A stretch of 64,000 bases of DNA from Nitrospinales bacterium (lineage in GTDB: Bacteria; Nitrospinota; Nitrospinia; Nitrospinales; VA-1). The position numbers were made by a program, and so were the translations under genes. The notes beneath the pieces were generated by a model. It was not told the DNA's origin and made no database searches. It worked only from the letters and a program-made list of their open reading frames with translations. Shown here piece by piece: positions 31,458 to 41,082 of the stretch. How positions within the stretch are numbered: position 1 is the first letter of the stretch; each line of letters opens with the position of its first letter. The stretch is taken from assembly GCA_965223795.1 (NCBI GenBank), contig CBDCXL010000002.1, forward strand, positions 1,600,001 to 1,664,000, written 5' to 3'.

Positions 31458-32303
31458 TCAGGATGCTTCGATTTCAGCCAGCAACTTCAAAAATTTAGGG
31501 TTTGTCGGTGCAAGTTTGAGCGCCTCAATCACCGATTGCCGGGCGGGATTTTTTTCCTCCTGATCCTTGAGAATCACTGCCATCTCGTAATGTGCTTCCG
31601 GATAATAGGGATTGACCTGGATGGATTTTTGAAAGGATTCCAGCGCTTTGTTGAATTCGTTTCGGTCGCGGTGCAGCACGCCCAGATTGAAGTGGGTGAG
31701 CATTCCATTCGGGTTGGCGGCGAGGGATTCTTTCAGAATGGTTTCCGCCTGGTTCAGGTCGCCCTTGAGTCTCAATGAGTCCGCCAGATTGTTGAGGTAG
31801 GTGGAATTGGCCGGATCCTGCTGCAAAGCCGCTTTGTAATACCGGATGGCTTGCGGGTATTTTTTTTCTTCCTTATAGAGATTGCCGATGTTGTTGTGGG
31901 CCTTGGCGTCCCGATCGTCTTCCTTCAGGTCGATGGCTTTTAACCATTGTTCTTTGGCCCGCTCTTTATCGCCTTTGGCGTAGTGCACCATTCCCAGGTT
32001 GATATGAATCTGGACGTTGTCCGGCTGTTTTTTGAGCACGGAGTTGAAAGCGGCTTCGGCCTGGTCGTATTGTTTGAGGCCGAAATGAACCAGTCCTAAT
32101 TTTCTTTGGGCCTTGTGATTTTCAGGATTGTGCTTGAGAGCGAGCTTGAATTCTTCCAGTGAATTTTTATACAGGGCGTGTTTGGCAAAATCCAATCCCA
32201 GCCGGTAGTGCTTATCGGACTGCGCGGGATTGATCGACATGTCGCTGGCAGTGCAGGCAGCGATGAAAAGGGCAAGCAGAGGAAGGAGGCGGGTCGGTTT
32301 CAT
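31458..32303 (-). CDS. TPR-repeat lipoprotein
   Basis: Lipobox IAAC, multiple TPRs. Confidence 0.9.
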   Translation of the reverse strand: MKPTRLLPLLALFIAACTASDMSINPAQSDKHYRLGLDFAKHALYKNSLEEFKLALKHNPENHKAQRKLGLVHFGLKQYDQAEAAFNSVLKKQPDNVQIHINLGMVHYAKGDKERAKEQWLKAIDLKEDDRDAKAHNNIGNLYKEEKKYPQAIRYYKAALQQDPANSTYLNNLADSLRLKGDLNQAETILKESLAANPNGMLTHFNLGVLHRDRNEFNKALESFQKSIQVNPYYPEAHYEMAVILKDQEEKNPARQSVIEALKLAPTNPKFLKLLAEIEAS

Positions 32304-32324
32304 GATTCAGTCCTTTGAAAGTTG

Positions 32325-32358
32325 AAAAAAAAGGGGCCAACCGTCTTGGTTGGCCCCT
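32325..32358 (-). terminator. Rho-independent terminator
   Basis: AGGGGCCAACC-5 nt-GGTTGGCCCCT followed by T-run on minus strand. Confidence 0.9.
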
Positions 32359-32382
32359 GTAAAACATCAAGCTAAAGAAACA

Positions 32383-33039
32383 TCAGTTGATACCGCGGCC
32401 GGCACCGGTGTAGTCGTTGTCAGCATCTGGCGCAATGCCAATACCGGTAGAAGTTCCGCCCAGAGTGGAATCGTGCGCATCGCCGATGAATTCCATGGCG
32501 AATCCGGTGCCGCTGGAGGGGATGAAAACGACGCCCCACATATTGAGCTGCGCCAGGTTGTTGTATTTTCGCACGCCCCCGACGGAAGTGGGGTTGTCCG
32601 GGTCTTCGTTGATACCCACGACACGCACGTTACCGAACTGGGCCGAATCGACGACGGTGATGAGATGCGTCCTGGAGTCGGTGAAATTGGAATTGCTGGC
32701 ATTGATGGAAGAGTTCGACTGATCGACGATAAAAATGCGGTGGGTTTCGCCGGCGTCGATGGTCATGGTGGCGGAACGTCCCGCAGCGTTATTGGGGACG
32801 GTGGTCATGTCCAGAACTTCCAGAACCACGCCGATCTGAGTCAGTGCGGTGTCCAGAGATGGATGACTGATCCCGATGAACGTGTAACTGTCGTTGGGCA
32901 CCACCTGAGCGTAGGGTGAAATGGCAACCCGGCTGCTGTCTGTAGTATCCGGCGCCGATAATATCTGAGCCTGTGAGGTTTGGGCCGTGACCGCAAACCC
33001 CATCAGGGTGAGCAAGCTAACAATGAAAAATTTTTTCAT
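32383..33039 (-). CDS. Secreted hypothetical protein (paralog A)
   Basis: Sec signal peptide; S/T/N/G-rich; shares motifs with the 33112 gene. Confidence 0.85.
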   Translation of the reverse strand: MKKFFIVSLLTLMGFAVTAQTSQAQILSAPDTTDSSRVAISPYAQVVPNDSYTFIGISHPSLDTALTQIGVVLEVLDMTTVPNNAAGRSATMTIDAGETHRIFIVDQSNSSINASNSNFTDSRTHLITVVDSAQFGNVRVVGINEDPDNPTSVGGVRKYNNLAQLNMWGVVFIPSSGTGFAMEFIGDAHDSTLGGTSTGIGIAPDADNDYTGAGRGIN

Positions 33040-33111
33040 CTGTCGTTCTCCTTATCCTTAATATATGCAGCGAGACGCATATTTTTTGTTTGGTTTCGTT
33101 CCACTCCGGCC

Positions 33112-33708
33112 TTACGGTGCGCCCACGCCACTGACATTGGTTGTCACGTGGTTGGCTGATGTTGCGAGACTGTCATGTGTATCGCCAATGAATTCCATGG
33201 CGAAACCGGTTGTGTTGGTTTCGATCACAACCGCACCCCAAAAGGAAAGCATTGTTACATCGGGGAACCCGTCCCCATCGTTTCCCGTAAAGGTTTTGAC
33301 ATTCGGATTTGTGGACACCGGGTCGAATCGCACATGACCGTGCTGAAAATCCGTGCTACCCGAGATGAAGTTGGCGGTGGAAATGCTGGTGGGGTTGATG
33401 GTGGAATCGTTGGTTCCGACGATGAACACGCGTTCGGTGCTGCCCGCGGATACCGTGAAGCTTGTTGAAGTTCCAAAGGTCGACTGATCCTTTTGAATTG
33501 CAGTCACCGTCACCCCGATCTGGGACGCCATACCGGACAGCGAAGGGTGCGTCACGGCGATGAAAGAATAAGAGGTGCTGTCAGACTGCCAATAAGGTGA
33601 GACGACACGACTTTTGTTTTCTATGGCAAAAGCATTTTCCGCGATCATCGCTAAGAGAACCATTAGCGCGAGGGCCGGGAAAATCCGCATGGTGTGCTTT
33701 GTTTTCAT
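33112..33708 (-). CDS. Secreted hypothetical protein (paralog B)
   Basis: Sec signal peptide; WG.V.I....TGFAMEFIGD.HDS shared with paralog A. Confidence 0.85.
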   Translation of the reverse strand: MKTKHTMRIFPALALMVLLAMIAENAFAIENKSRVVSPYWQSDSTSYSFIAVTHPSLSGMASQIGVTVTAIQKDQSTFGTSTSFTVSAGSTERVFIVGTNDSTINPTSISTANFISGSTDFQHGHVRFDPVSTNPNVKTFTGNDGDGFPDVTMLSFWGAVVIETNTTGFAMEFIGDTHDSLATSANHVTTNVSGVGAP

Positions 33709-34231
33709 TATGTTTTGCTCCTATATATTCAAAGTGAAATTGGTTGCATATTTTGGCGTTCAATGCGTTTTCGGATGTCGGCCTTCACCTCCTTCCATTT
33801 TGGTTTGTCACTTATGCATCCTGAACCGGCTTTGAAATCTGATTCTCAAAAAGCCGGAAGATATCTATTTTATATTGAGTTATTTTTATACTCCGGTTGT
33901 ATATTTTGATTAAATTTGGTTAAATTTAAATATTAACATTATATTATAGTATAAATCTTAACGGTTTTTCCTGAAATTATTGAATTTTCGGGGATTGGTG
34001 CTCTTGTGACGAAAGGGTGACCGTGATTGAGGCTTGAAATACAGCAGGACACAACCCACCATTAGTGGTATCGGAAGAGTTGTTGTTTTCTTGAGCATTA
34101 GTAATTCAATTCCGGTAATTCAAGAGAATGGAAATTCATCAAAACCCGCAAGGTTTTATTGTGAAATTTATCGTTTTTTGATATAATTTTTATTATCAAA
34201 AAGTTCCTAACTTAATGAAAGTTAAATAGTT

Positions 34232-35026
34232 ATGAGAAATGTTCGGTCCAGGAAACCTTGGCAGATTCTCCGGTATGGCCTGTTTTGTACGCTGGCATTG
34301 GCGGGTCTTTTGACCGGTTGCGCGACCGACGATGGAGTTATGAACAAGCAGACTCTGGCCCAGGACAAGTTTCAGGAAGGGCTGGAGCAGGGCGCTTTGA
34401 ACAACCGCCAGGAAATGATCGCGCGTTTTCAGGAGGCGGTGGACCTGGATCCGCAAAACGACCGCTACCGGCTTCATCTGGGCACGGCATATTTTCTTGC
34501 CGGGGATCTTGAGCGCTCGGAAAAGGAACTTCAGCACACACTTAAAATCAACAAGAATTCGAAGGATGCGTACCGTCAACTGGGCCGGCTCTACATGCAG
34601 AAAGAGGACTGGCAGCGTGCCGTGCAGTATTTCAATGAGGACTTGAAGCGGCCCGGAACCCCGCTGCCACACCGGGTCTACAATTGGCTGGCATTGAGCC
34701 ATTACAATCAGGGGAATTTCGATGATGCGGAAAAAGTCTGGCTCAAGGCGCTCGACCTTAAAGACAACGCCGCCATCCGTCTGAACCTGGCGCTGGCCTA
34801 TAAGGACCGGGAAAAATTTGATGAAGCCCTGACTTCACTGAAAACGGCGGTCGCTCTCAACCCTAAATTTCCACAGGCGCATTTTGAGTTGTCGCAGTTG
34901 CTCATGCGCAACAAACAAATGGACGAAGCCGTCAAACATCTCAATGAGGTGATTCGTCTGGCCCCCGGCAGCGAGTGGGCCAGGCTTTCGAAGGAATATC
35001 TGGAACTGATTCGAGGATCTCAATAA
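34232..35026 (+). CDS. TPR lipoprotein, PilF/PilW-like
   Basis: Lipobox LTGC, TPRs; position upstream of a RodZ-like gene as in pilF-rodZ. Confidence 0.75.
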   Translation: MRNVRSRKPWQILRYGLFCTLALAGLLTGCATDDGVMNKQTLAQDKFQEGLEQGALNNRQEMIARFQEAVDLDPQNDRYRLHLGTAYFLAGDLERSEKELQHTLKINKNSKDAYRQLGRLYMQKEDWQRAVQYFNEDLKRPGTPLPHRVYNWLALSHYNQGNFDDAEKVWLKALDLKDNAAIRLNLALAYKDREKFDEALTSLKTAVALNPKFPQAHFELSQLLMRNKQMDEAVKHLNEVIRLAPGSEWARLSKEYLELIRGSQ

Positions 35027-35031
35027 GCGTC

Positions 35032-36432
35032 ATGGTAGACAACTTTGGTCAATTTCTAAAGCACGAACGCGAGTTGCGTGGCGTCCCTCTTGAGGAGATC
35101 GCCGGCGCGACCAAAATTCACATCCGGTTTTTGCGGGCGTTGGAGGACAATCAGTTCGATACGCTGCCCGGGGAAGTCTTTATCAAGGGCTACCTCCGCT
35201 CTTACGCGAAAGCAATCGGTTATGACGCCCAGGACCTGCTGCGGGCTTACGACAGCTATATGGGCAAAAACCCCCCCGAGAAACAGACCGTAGCGTCCTC
35301 TCCCGCTAGCGGGAGCAAGAAACGGGTGCCGCTTCCGTGGGCGGTCGGCGGAGCCCTGGCCGCAGGCGCGGTGTTGGCGTTTGCCCTGTTTGGAGACTTT
35401 GGCGGCGACGGTGAGGAGACAGCGAATACGAGCCCACCTGCCGTTCTGGCGGAAAGCACCTCGGTGGATGCCGACCCACCGCCTCCTGTCGTGACGCTCA
35501 AGGAAAAAATTCTGGCAACCGTCGATGAAGAGCAGGACCTGCCGCCGAAAATAGAAGCTTCTGAAGACGCTTCAAAGGTGAATACGGAATCGAAGGAAAA
35601 ATCGGAATCATCCAAGGTAAAACCAGAAACTTCCAAGGCAAAACCGGCGGCCCCTGTGGCCAGCGCGGTGAAACCCGAAAAAAAAGTCAGCGCGGAACCG
35701 AAGAAAAACGAAGCATCGCCCAAGCCGGAATCGAGCGAGAAAAAAAAGCTGAAAACCCAGGAAGCAAAACCGGAAAAACCTAAAACACAGACCACCGCAA
35801 AAAATACCGAGGCTCCAAAACCTCAGAAGAGAGAGAAACCGGCACCGGAAAACAAACCGGAGAGCAAGCCCGATGAGGTGGAAACCGCGGCGCTCACGCC
35901 CCCGCAAAAACCCCGCTCGATTCGCCAGGCCGAAGAAAAAGTACAGGCTCCGGTCAAGAATCCGGCCTCGCCGCCGCCATCCAGCCAGGCCGCAACCGAA
36001 TCCTCTGTGAAAACGGCGGTGGCGTCTCCCGAGGAGAAAACCGCCCCTCCACAAACACCGATAGAATCGCAAGTAAGTGAAAAAAATTCCGATTCAGAGG
36101 AAAAAGAGGTTATAATTCAATCTGTTGCAGAAAAATTCACCGCCGGGGCGGCGATCGTGCAAGCTCCGGATATTGAGGATAAAGCCCTGCATCTGATGAT
36201 CCAGGTTCAGGGCAATTCGTGGTTCAACCTGGCGGTGGACGGCAAGCCGGAGGAGGATTTCATCCTTCCTGGGGGAACTTCTAAAAGCTTTTACGGGGAC
36301 GATAAGTTCCGTGTGACGATCGGCAACCGGCGCGGGACGCAGTTGTTTCTGAACGGTCAGGCGCTGGATATCCCTACGAGTCAGGGGGATGTCGTGCGGG
36401 ATTTTGAGATCACATCCCAATTCCTGGAATGA
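35032..36432 (+). CDS. rodZ: RodZ-like protein (HTH, TM, low-complexity linker, DUF4115)
   Basis: GQFLKHERELRG...KGYLRSYAKAIG, TM helix, C-terminal VTIGNRRG..LFLNG. Confidence 0.8.
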   Translation: MVDNFGQFLKHERELRGVPLEEIAGATKIHIRFLRALEDNQFDTLPGEVFIKGYLRSYAKAIGYDAQDLLRAYDSYMGKNPPEKQTVASSPASGSKKRVPLPWAVGGALAAGAVLAFALFGDFGGDGEETANTSPPAVLAESTSVDADPPPPVVTLKEKILATVDEEQDLPPKIEASEDASKVNTESKEKSESSKVKPETSKAKPAAPVASAVKPEKKVSAEPKKNEASPKPESSEKKKLKTQEAKPEKPKTQTTAKNTEAPKPQKREKPAPENKPESKPDEVETAALTPPQKPRSIRQAEEKVQAPVKNPASPPPSSQAATESSVKTAVASPEEKTAPPQTPIESQVSEKNSDSEEKEVIIQSVAEKFTAGAAIVQAPDIEDKALHLMIQVQGNSWFNLAVDGKPEEDFILPGGTSKSFYGDDKFRVTIGNRRGTQLFLNGQALDIPTSQGDVVRDFEITSQFLE

Positions 36433-36435
36433 GAC

Positions 36436-37509
36436 ATGGCAAAAATCGACGCTTTCTTCAAGTTGATGAATGAGCAGGGCGCCTCGGACCTGCATCTGGT
36501 CGCCGGTTCGCAGCCGGTGCTCAGGGTGCATGGGGACATGGAGCGGGTCAAGTACAAGGTTTTCAGCAACGACGATTTGAAATCCATGCTCTACGAGATC
36601 GCTCCGGAAGACAAGATCAAGCTGTTCGAGGAGACCGGGGACATCGACTTTGCGTATGAGATTCCCAACCTGGCCCGTTACCGCGCCAATTACTTTCAAC
36701 AGAAATGGGGAATCGGGGCGGTGTTTCGGGAAATCCCGAGTGAGATCCTCACCGCCGAACAACTGGGCCTGCCTTCGGTCATCACCAAACTTTCCATGCT
36801 GCACAAGGGCATGGTGCTGGTCACGGGTCCCACGGGGTCGGGTAAATCCACCACGCTGGCCTCGATGATCGATTACATCAATAAGAACAAAAAAAGCCAC
36901 ATCATCACCATCGAAGATCCGGTGGAGTTCGTGCACAAAAACCAGAGCTGCATCATCAACCACCGGGAAGTCGGCATTCACACGCAGGGATTCAAATCCG
37001 CGCTCAGGGGGGCGCTGCGTGAGGACCCGGATATCATCCTGGTCGGTGAGATGCGCGATCTGGAAACGATCGAGCTGGCTTTGGAGGCGGCTTCGACGGG
37101 ACATCTGGTGTTCGGCACCCTCCATACTCAGAGCGCGGCCAAGACCATCGACCGTGTGATCGACGTGTTCCCGGCGCATCAGCAGCCGCAGATCCGGACC
37201 ACGCTGTCGGAAACCCTCAAAGGGGTTGTGGCGCAGAACCTGTTCAAGCGGGTCGACAAGAAGGGCCGGATGGCGGTGCTGGAGGTTCTGGTCGTGACGC
37301 CCGCGGTTTCGAACCTGATCCGGGAGGGCAAGACGTTTCAGATTCCTTCCGCGATTCAGACCGGAAAGAAATACGGCATGCAGTCGATCGACGACGCCAT
37401 CCTGGAAGCCTTGAATGGAAAAAAGATCAGCGCCGAAGACGCTTACGAGAAATCGATCGTGAAAGAGCGGTTCATTCCGTTTTTGAAGAAAACTCCGGAA
37501 TTCATTTAA
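36436..37509 (+). CDS. pilT: Type IV pilus retraction ATPase PilT
   Basis: ASDLHL, GPTGSGKST, LREDPD, GTLHT, NLIRE. Confidence 0.93.
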   Translation: MAKIDAFFKLMNEQGASDLHLVAGSQPVLRVHGDMERVKYKVFSNDDLKSMLYEIAPEDKIKLFEETGDIDFAYEIPNLARYRANYFQQKWGIGAVFREIPSEILTAEQLGLPSVITKLSMLHKGMVLVTGPTGSGKSTTLASMIDYINKNKKSHIITIEDPVEFVHKNQSCIINHREVGIHTQGFKSALRGALREDPDIILVGEMRDLETIELALEAASTGHLVFGTLHTQSAAKTIDRVIDVFPAHQQPQIRTTLSETLKGVVAQNLFKRVDKKGRMAVLEVLVVTPAVSNLIREGKTFQIPSAIQTGKKYGMQSIDDAILEALNGKKISAEDAYEKSIVKERFIPFLKKTPEFI

Positions 37510-37521
37510 AGCGGTCTCACT

Positions 37522-38691
37522 ATGAAAAAGGCAGAAATCGACCATATCCTGACCTCGATGCTGGAATCGTACAGCAACATTTCCGATCTCAACATCACGT
37601 CCGGCAAATCCTTTCAGGTGGAATCTTCCGGGCAATTGACCGACGTTCCACTGGTGCCGCCGATTCCCGAGATCACTCCGTTTCAGGCGGAGGTGTTCGC
37701 GCTGAATCTCATCAATTCCGACCGCAGGCTGACGGAAACGCTGATCCGCGAAGGGTCCTGCGACTGTTCCTATTTTCTGGTGGGCAAAGTGCGGTTCCGT
37801 GTGAATATTTTTTCACAGCGGGGCAACTACAGCATCGTGATGCGAAAACTGGAAACGCGCATTCCAACCATCGAGGACCTCAATCATCCGCCGCAGTTTG
37901 CCAGGGCGGCGGAAGAAAAGAACGGATTGATTCTGGTGACCGGCGCCACGGGATCGGGTAAAACCACCACGCTGGCCGCACTGCTCAACAAGATCAATGC
38001 GGAAAAATCGATCCACATCATCACTCTGGAAGATCCGGTGGAATTCGTCCATCCGCACAAGAAGGCGACGTTCAACCAGCGCGAGCTGGGCAGCGATTAC
38101 GATGAGTTTTCCACGGGACTCCGGGCCGCGCTGAGGCAGGCGCCCAAAGTCATTCTGGTCGGTGAGATGCGTGACCGGGAAACGGTCGAAATCGGCATGA
38201 GCGCCGCGGAAACCGGCCACCTTGTGATGAGCACGCTGCACACGGTCGATGCGGGACAGACGATCAACCGCATCGTCGGCATGTTTCCCAAGGAAGAGGA
38301 GCAGCAGATCCGCATCCGGCTCGCCGATTCGATACGCTGGATCATCTCGCAACGGCTGCTGCCGAAAGTCGGTGGAGGCAGGATCGCGCTGCTGGAAATC
38401 ATGTCCACCAGTCTGCGCGTGAAGGACACCATCGTCAACGGCGAGTCGGAGGGCAAAACGTTCTACGAAATCATCACGCAGGGCAAGCCTTACGGCATGT
38501 GGACCTTCGATCAGCATATTCTGACTCTTTACAAAGAAGGCAAGATCACAGAAGAGACCGCCATGGCCTACGCATCCAGAAAGGCCATCGTCGGACGCGG
38601 CATCGACACGCTGAAAGCTTCGAAAGGCGAGAAGACCACCGATATCGAAGCGCTTGCGATGGATGAAGATTACGAAGCTCAGGTGCAATGA
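37522..38691 (+). CDS. pilU: PilT/PilU family ATPase
   Basis: GATGSGKTT, ALRQAPKVILVGEMRD, STLHT; lacks the PilT AIRNLIRE motif. Confidence 0.8.
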   Translation: MKKAEIDHILTSMLESYSNISDLNITSGKSFQVESSGQLTDVPLVPPIPEITPFQAEVFALNLINSDRRLTETLIREGSCDCSYFLVGKVRFRVNIFSQRGNYSIVMRKLETRIPTIEDLNHPPQFARAAEEKNGLILVTGATGSGKTTTLAALLNKINAEKSIHIITLEDPVEFVHPHKKATFNQRELGSDYDEFSTGLRAALRQAPKVILVGEMRDRETVEIGMSAAETGHLVMSTLHTVDAGQTINRIVGMFPKEEEQQIRIRLADSIRWIISQRLLPKVGGGRIALLEIMSTSLRVKDTIVNGESEGKTFYEIITQGKPYGMWTFDQHILTLYKEGKITEETAMAYASRKAIVGRGIDTLKASKGEKTTDIEALAMDEDYEAQVQ

Positions 38692-38715
38692 CCTGAGTCC
38701 GATTGAGGAGACGCG

Positions 38716-39414
38716 ATGATTGTAAAATGCACCGGGTGCGAGCAGGGCATCAACATTCCCGATGACAAAATGCCCAGGGGTAAGGCGTTTTTCATTTCCT
38801 GCCCGGGCTGCCGGGCAAAGGTGCGGGTCGAACCGCCTGAACCGGAGCCTGAAGAGACGCTCGATATTTCCGTAGAATCGCAGCCGGAAGCGGAGCCGGC
38901 CACACCGCAGGTGGTTGAAGAGGCTCCGGGCCTCATACTGACCTCGGAGTTCGATGACGACGAGGAAGAGCTCGTCATTTACGATGAAAACGATCAACTG
39001 GCCCTGATTCTTGATGACAAAAACCGGGCGGCCTGGGCCGATGCGCTGGAGGAACGCGGTTTCAAAATGCAGACCGCGAAATCCCCGGATCATGCGGTTC
39101 ATAAAATGAAATTCACGATGTATCACGTTGTGGTGCTGCACGAAAATTTCGGCAACGTTCCGTTTCAAAGCAGCCCGGTTTACAAGATTCTGGTGCAGAT
39201 GGAGATGTCGATGCGCCGAAATATTTTTTTCGTCCTGATCGGGTCGCAATTCAAGACTTTGAACAATATGGAAGCGTACGCTCACAGCGTGAATGTTGTG
39301 ATCAATGAAAAGGATCTGGATAAACTGCCTCAGATCATCAAAAAATCGTTTTTGGAATATGAGGCTCTTTACAAGGTATTCAAGGAATCCTTGCACGCAA
39401 TGGGGAAAGCATGA
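38716..39414 (+). CDS. Zinc-ribbon protein with pseudo-receiver-like C-terminal domain
   Basis: CTGC...CPGC, acidic linker, REC-like alternating pattern lacking the canonical Asp. Confidence 0.7.
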   Translation: MIVKCTGCEQGINIPDDKMPRGKAFFISCPGCRAKVRVEPPEPEPEETLDISVESQPEAEPATPQVVEEAPGLILTSEFDDDEEELVIYDENDQLALILDDKNRAAWADALEERGFKMQTAKSPDHAVHKMKFTMYHVVVLHENFGNVPFQSSPVYKILVQMEMSMRRNIFFVLIGSQFKTLNNMEAYAHSVNVVINEKDLDKLPQIIKKSFLEYEALYKVFKESLHAMGKA

Positions 39415-39821
39415 ACCTGCTTAAGGAAGCATCGATTGTCCAGCGTTTTTCCAACGGGGACGTCATCATTTCTGAAGGCATCATCAGCAACAATGCCTAT
39501 ATCGTGCTGTCGGGAAAAGTCCGCATCACCAAGAAAATCGACAATAAGACCGTGGTGATCGGAACTTTGAGCGATGGCAACGTGTTCGGAGAGATGGGAC
39601 TGATCTCCAATGCCGTGCGCAGTGCTTCTGTGACTGCGGTGGGGGAAGTGACGGTGGGTTTCATCGATAAGGAAAAATTCGGTCAGATTCTCGCCAGTCT
39701 GCCGGACGACCTGCGCGCGATCATCGAAGCGCTGGTGCATCGATTGCGCAGCACCACCGAGATGCTTACGAAAATCGGGTCCGAACTGGAGAACACCCGA
39801 AAAAGCCTCAAACCGATGTGA
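39411..39821 (+). CDS. Stand-alone cyclic nucleotide-binding domain protein
   Basis: IISEG, FGEMGLISNAVRSASV; ATGA overlap with upstream gene. Confidence 0.88.
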   Translation: MNLLKEASIVQRFSNGDVIISEGIISNNAYIVLSGKVRITKKIDNKTVVIGTLSDGNVFGEMGLISNAVRSASVTAVGEVTVGFIDKEKFGQILASLPDDLRAIIEALVHRLRSTTEMLTKIGSELENTRKSLKPM

Positions 39822-39853
39822 TTTGACTTCATACCGATATAAAGGAACTTCCC

Positions 39854-41053
39854 GTGCCAACCTTTACTTACAAAACAAAAATCAAAGGCCAGATCAAAAA
39901 GGGTGTCGTCGACGCAGAGGACGAGAAAGCGGCGCTCGCGAAGCTCAAGGCGCAGAACATCCGCGTCACTTCCGTGAGCAAAAAAGCGGGCGACATCGTC
40001 TTGTTTGGCTCCAAAGGCAAAAAAATCACGGGACGCGATATCGTCATCTTCACACGGCAGTTTTCCACGATGGTGGATGCGGGGCTTCCTCTGGTTCAAT
40101 GTCTGGACATTCTCGGCAAGCAGACTGAAAATAAAACGCTGGGGGATGTGGTCCTGCAGGTCAAGAATAACATCGAGAAGGGCAGCGACCTTTCCGATTC
40201 GATGCGCAAACACCCCAAGGTGTTCGACAACCTTTACTGCAACCTGGTGGAGGCGGGAGAGGCCGGCGGTATTCTCGATACGATCCTGAAGCGGCTGGCG
40301 GAGTACATCGAAAAAGCCGAGAGTCTCAAGAAAAAAGTCAAATCCGCCATGGTGTATCCGGGAGTCATCATTACGGTCGCCGTGGGCGTTGTGGCCTTCC
40401 TGATGATTTTCGTCATACCCGCATTCGCCTCGCTGTTCAACAACAGCGGCGCGGACCTTCCCGGCCCCACACAGATCGTCATGGATGTCAGTCACTTGTT
40501 TCGAACCAAGTGGTATTACATGCTGGGCGGTTTGCTGGCTTTTATTTTCCTGTTCAAAAAGATCTATTCCACGGAACGGGGACGCTTTGAAATCGACCGC
40601 ATTGCCTTGAAACTGCCGGTCGTGGGCATGCTGATCCGAAAAGTATCGGTGGCCAAATTCACGCGTACTTTGGGAACGCTGATCGCAAGCGGCGTTCCTC
40701 TGATCGAGGGGCTGGAAATCTGCGCCCGCACCTCCGGCAACAAGATCGTGGAACGCGCCGTGTTCAACACCATCGAAGCCATCAAGGAAGGCGAAAGCAT
40801 CGCTGCGCCATTGTCCCGCGAATCTATTTTCCCGCCCATGGTGATCCAGATGATCGACGTCGGTGAAAATTCGGGATCCCTGGACGCCATGTGTACCAAA
40901 ATTGCGGATTTCTACGATGAAGAGGTGGATGCGGCGGTGGCTGCGTTGACCTCTCTGCTCGAGCCCATGCTGATGGTGTTTCTGGGACTCGTGGTCGGTT
41001 TCATCGTCGTCGCCATGTACCTTCCCATTTTCAAAATGGGTGAGGCGATCTGA
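39854..41053 (+). CDS. pilC: Type IV pilus platform protein PilC
   Basis: FTRQFSTMVDAGLPL, KSAMVYP, AMYLPIFKMG. Confidence 0.95.
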   Translation: MPTFTYKTKIKGQIKKGVVDAEDEKAALAKLKAQNIRVTSVSKKAGDIVLFGSKGKKITGRDIVIFTRQFSTMVDAGLPLVQCLDILGKQTENKTLGDVVLQVKNNIEKGSDLSDSMRKHPKVFDNLYCNLVEAGEAGGILDTILKRLAEYIEKAESLKKKVKSAMVYPGVIITVAVGVVAFLMIFVIPAFASLFNNSGADLPGPTQIVMDVSHLFRTKWYYMLGGLLAFIFLFKKIYSTERGRFEIDRIALKLPVVGMLIRKVSVAKFTRTLGTLIASGVPLIEGLEICARTSGNKIVERAVFNTIEAIKEGESIAAPLSRESIFPPMVIQMIDVGENSGSLDAMCTKIADFYDEEVDAAVAALTSLLEPMLMVFLGLVVGFIVVAMYLPIFKMGEAI

Positions 41054-41082
41054 GGTCTCCGGAGGGCACAAAGCTCCAGGAG

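Noticed and set aside
35460..36120. A-rich repetitive stretch in rodZ
   Set aside because: Encodes an ordinary Lys/Glu/Pro-rich periplasmic linker in frame
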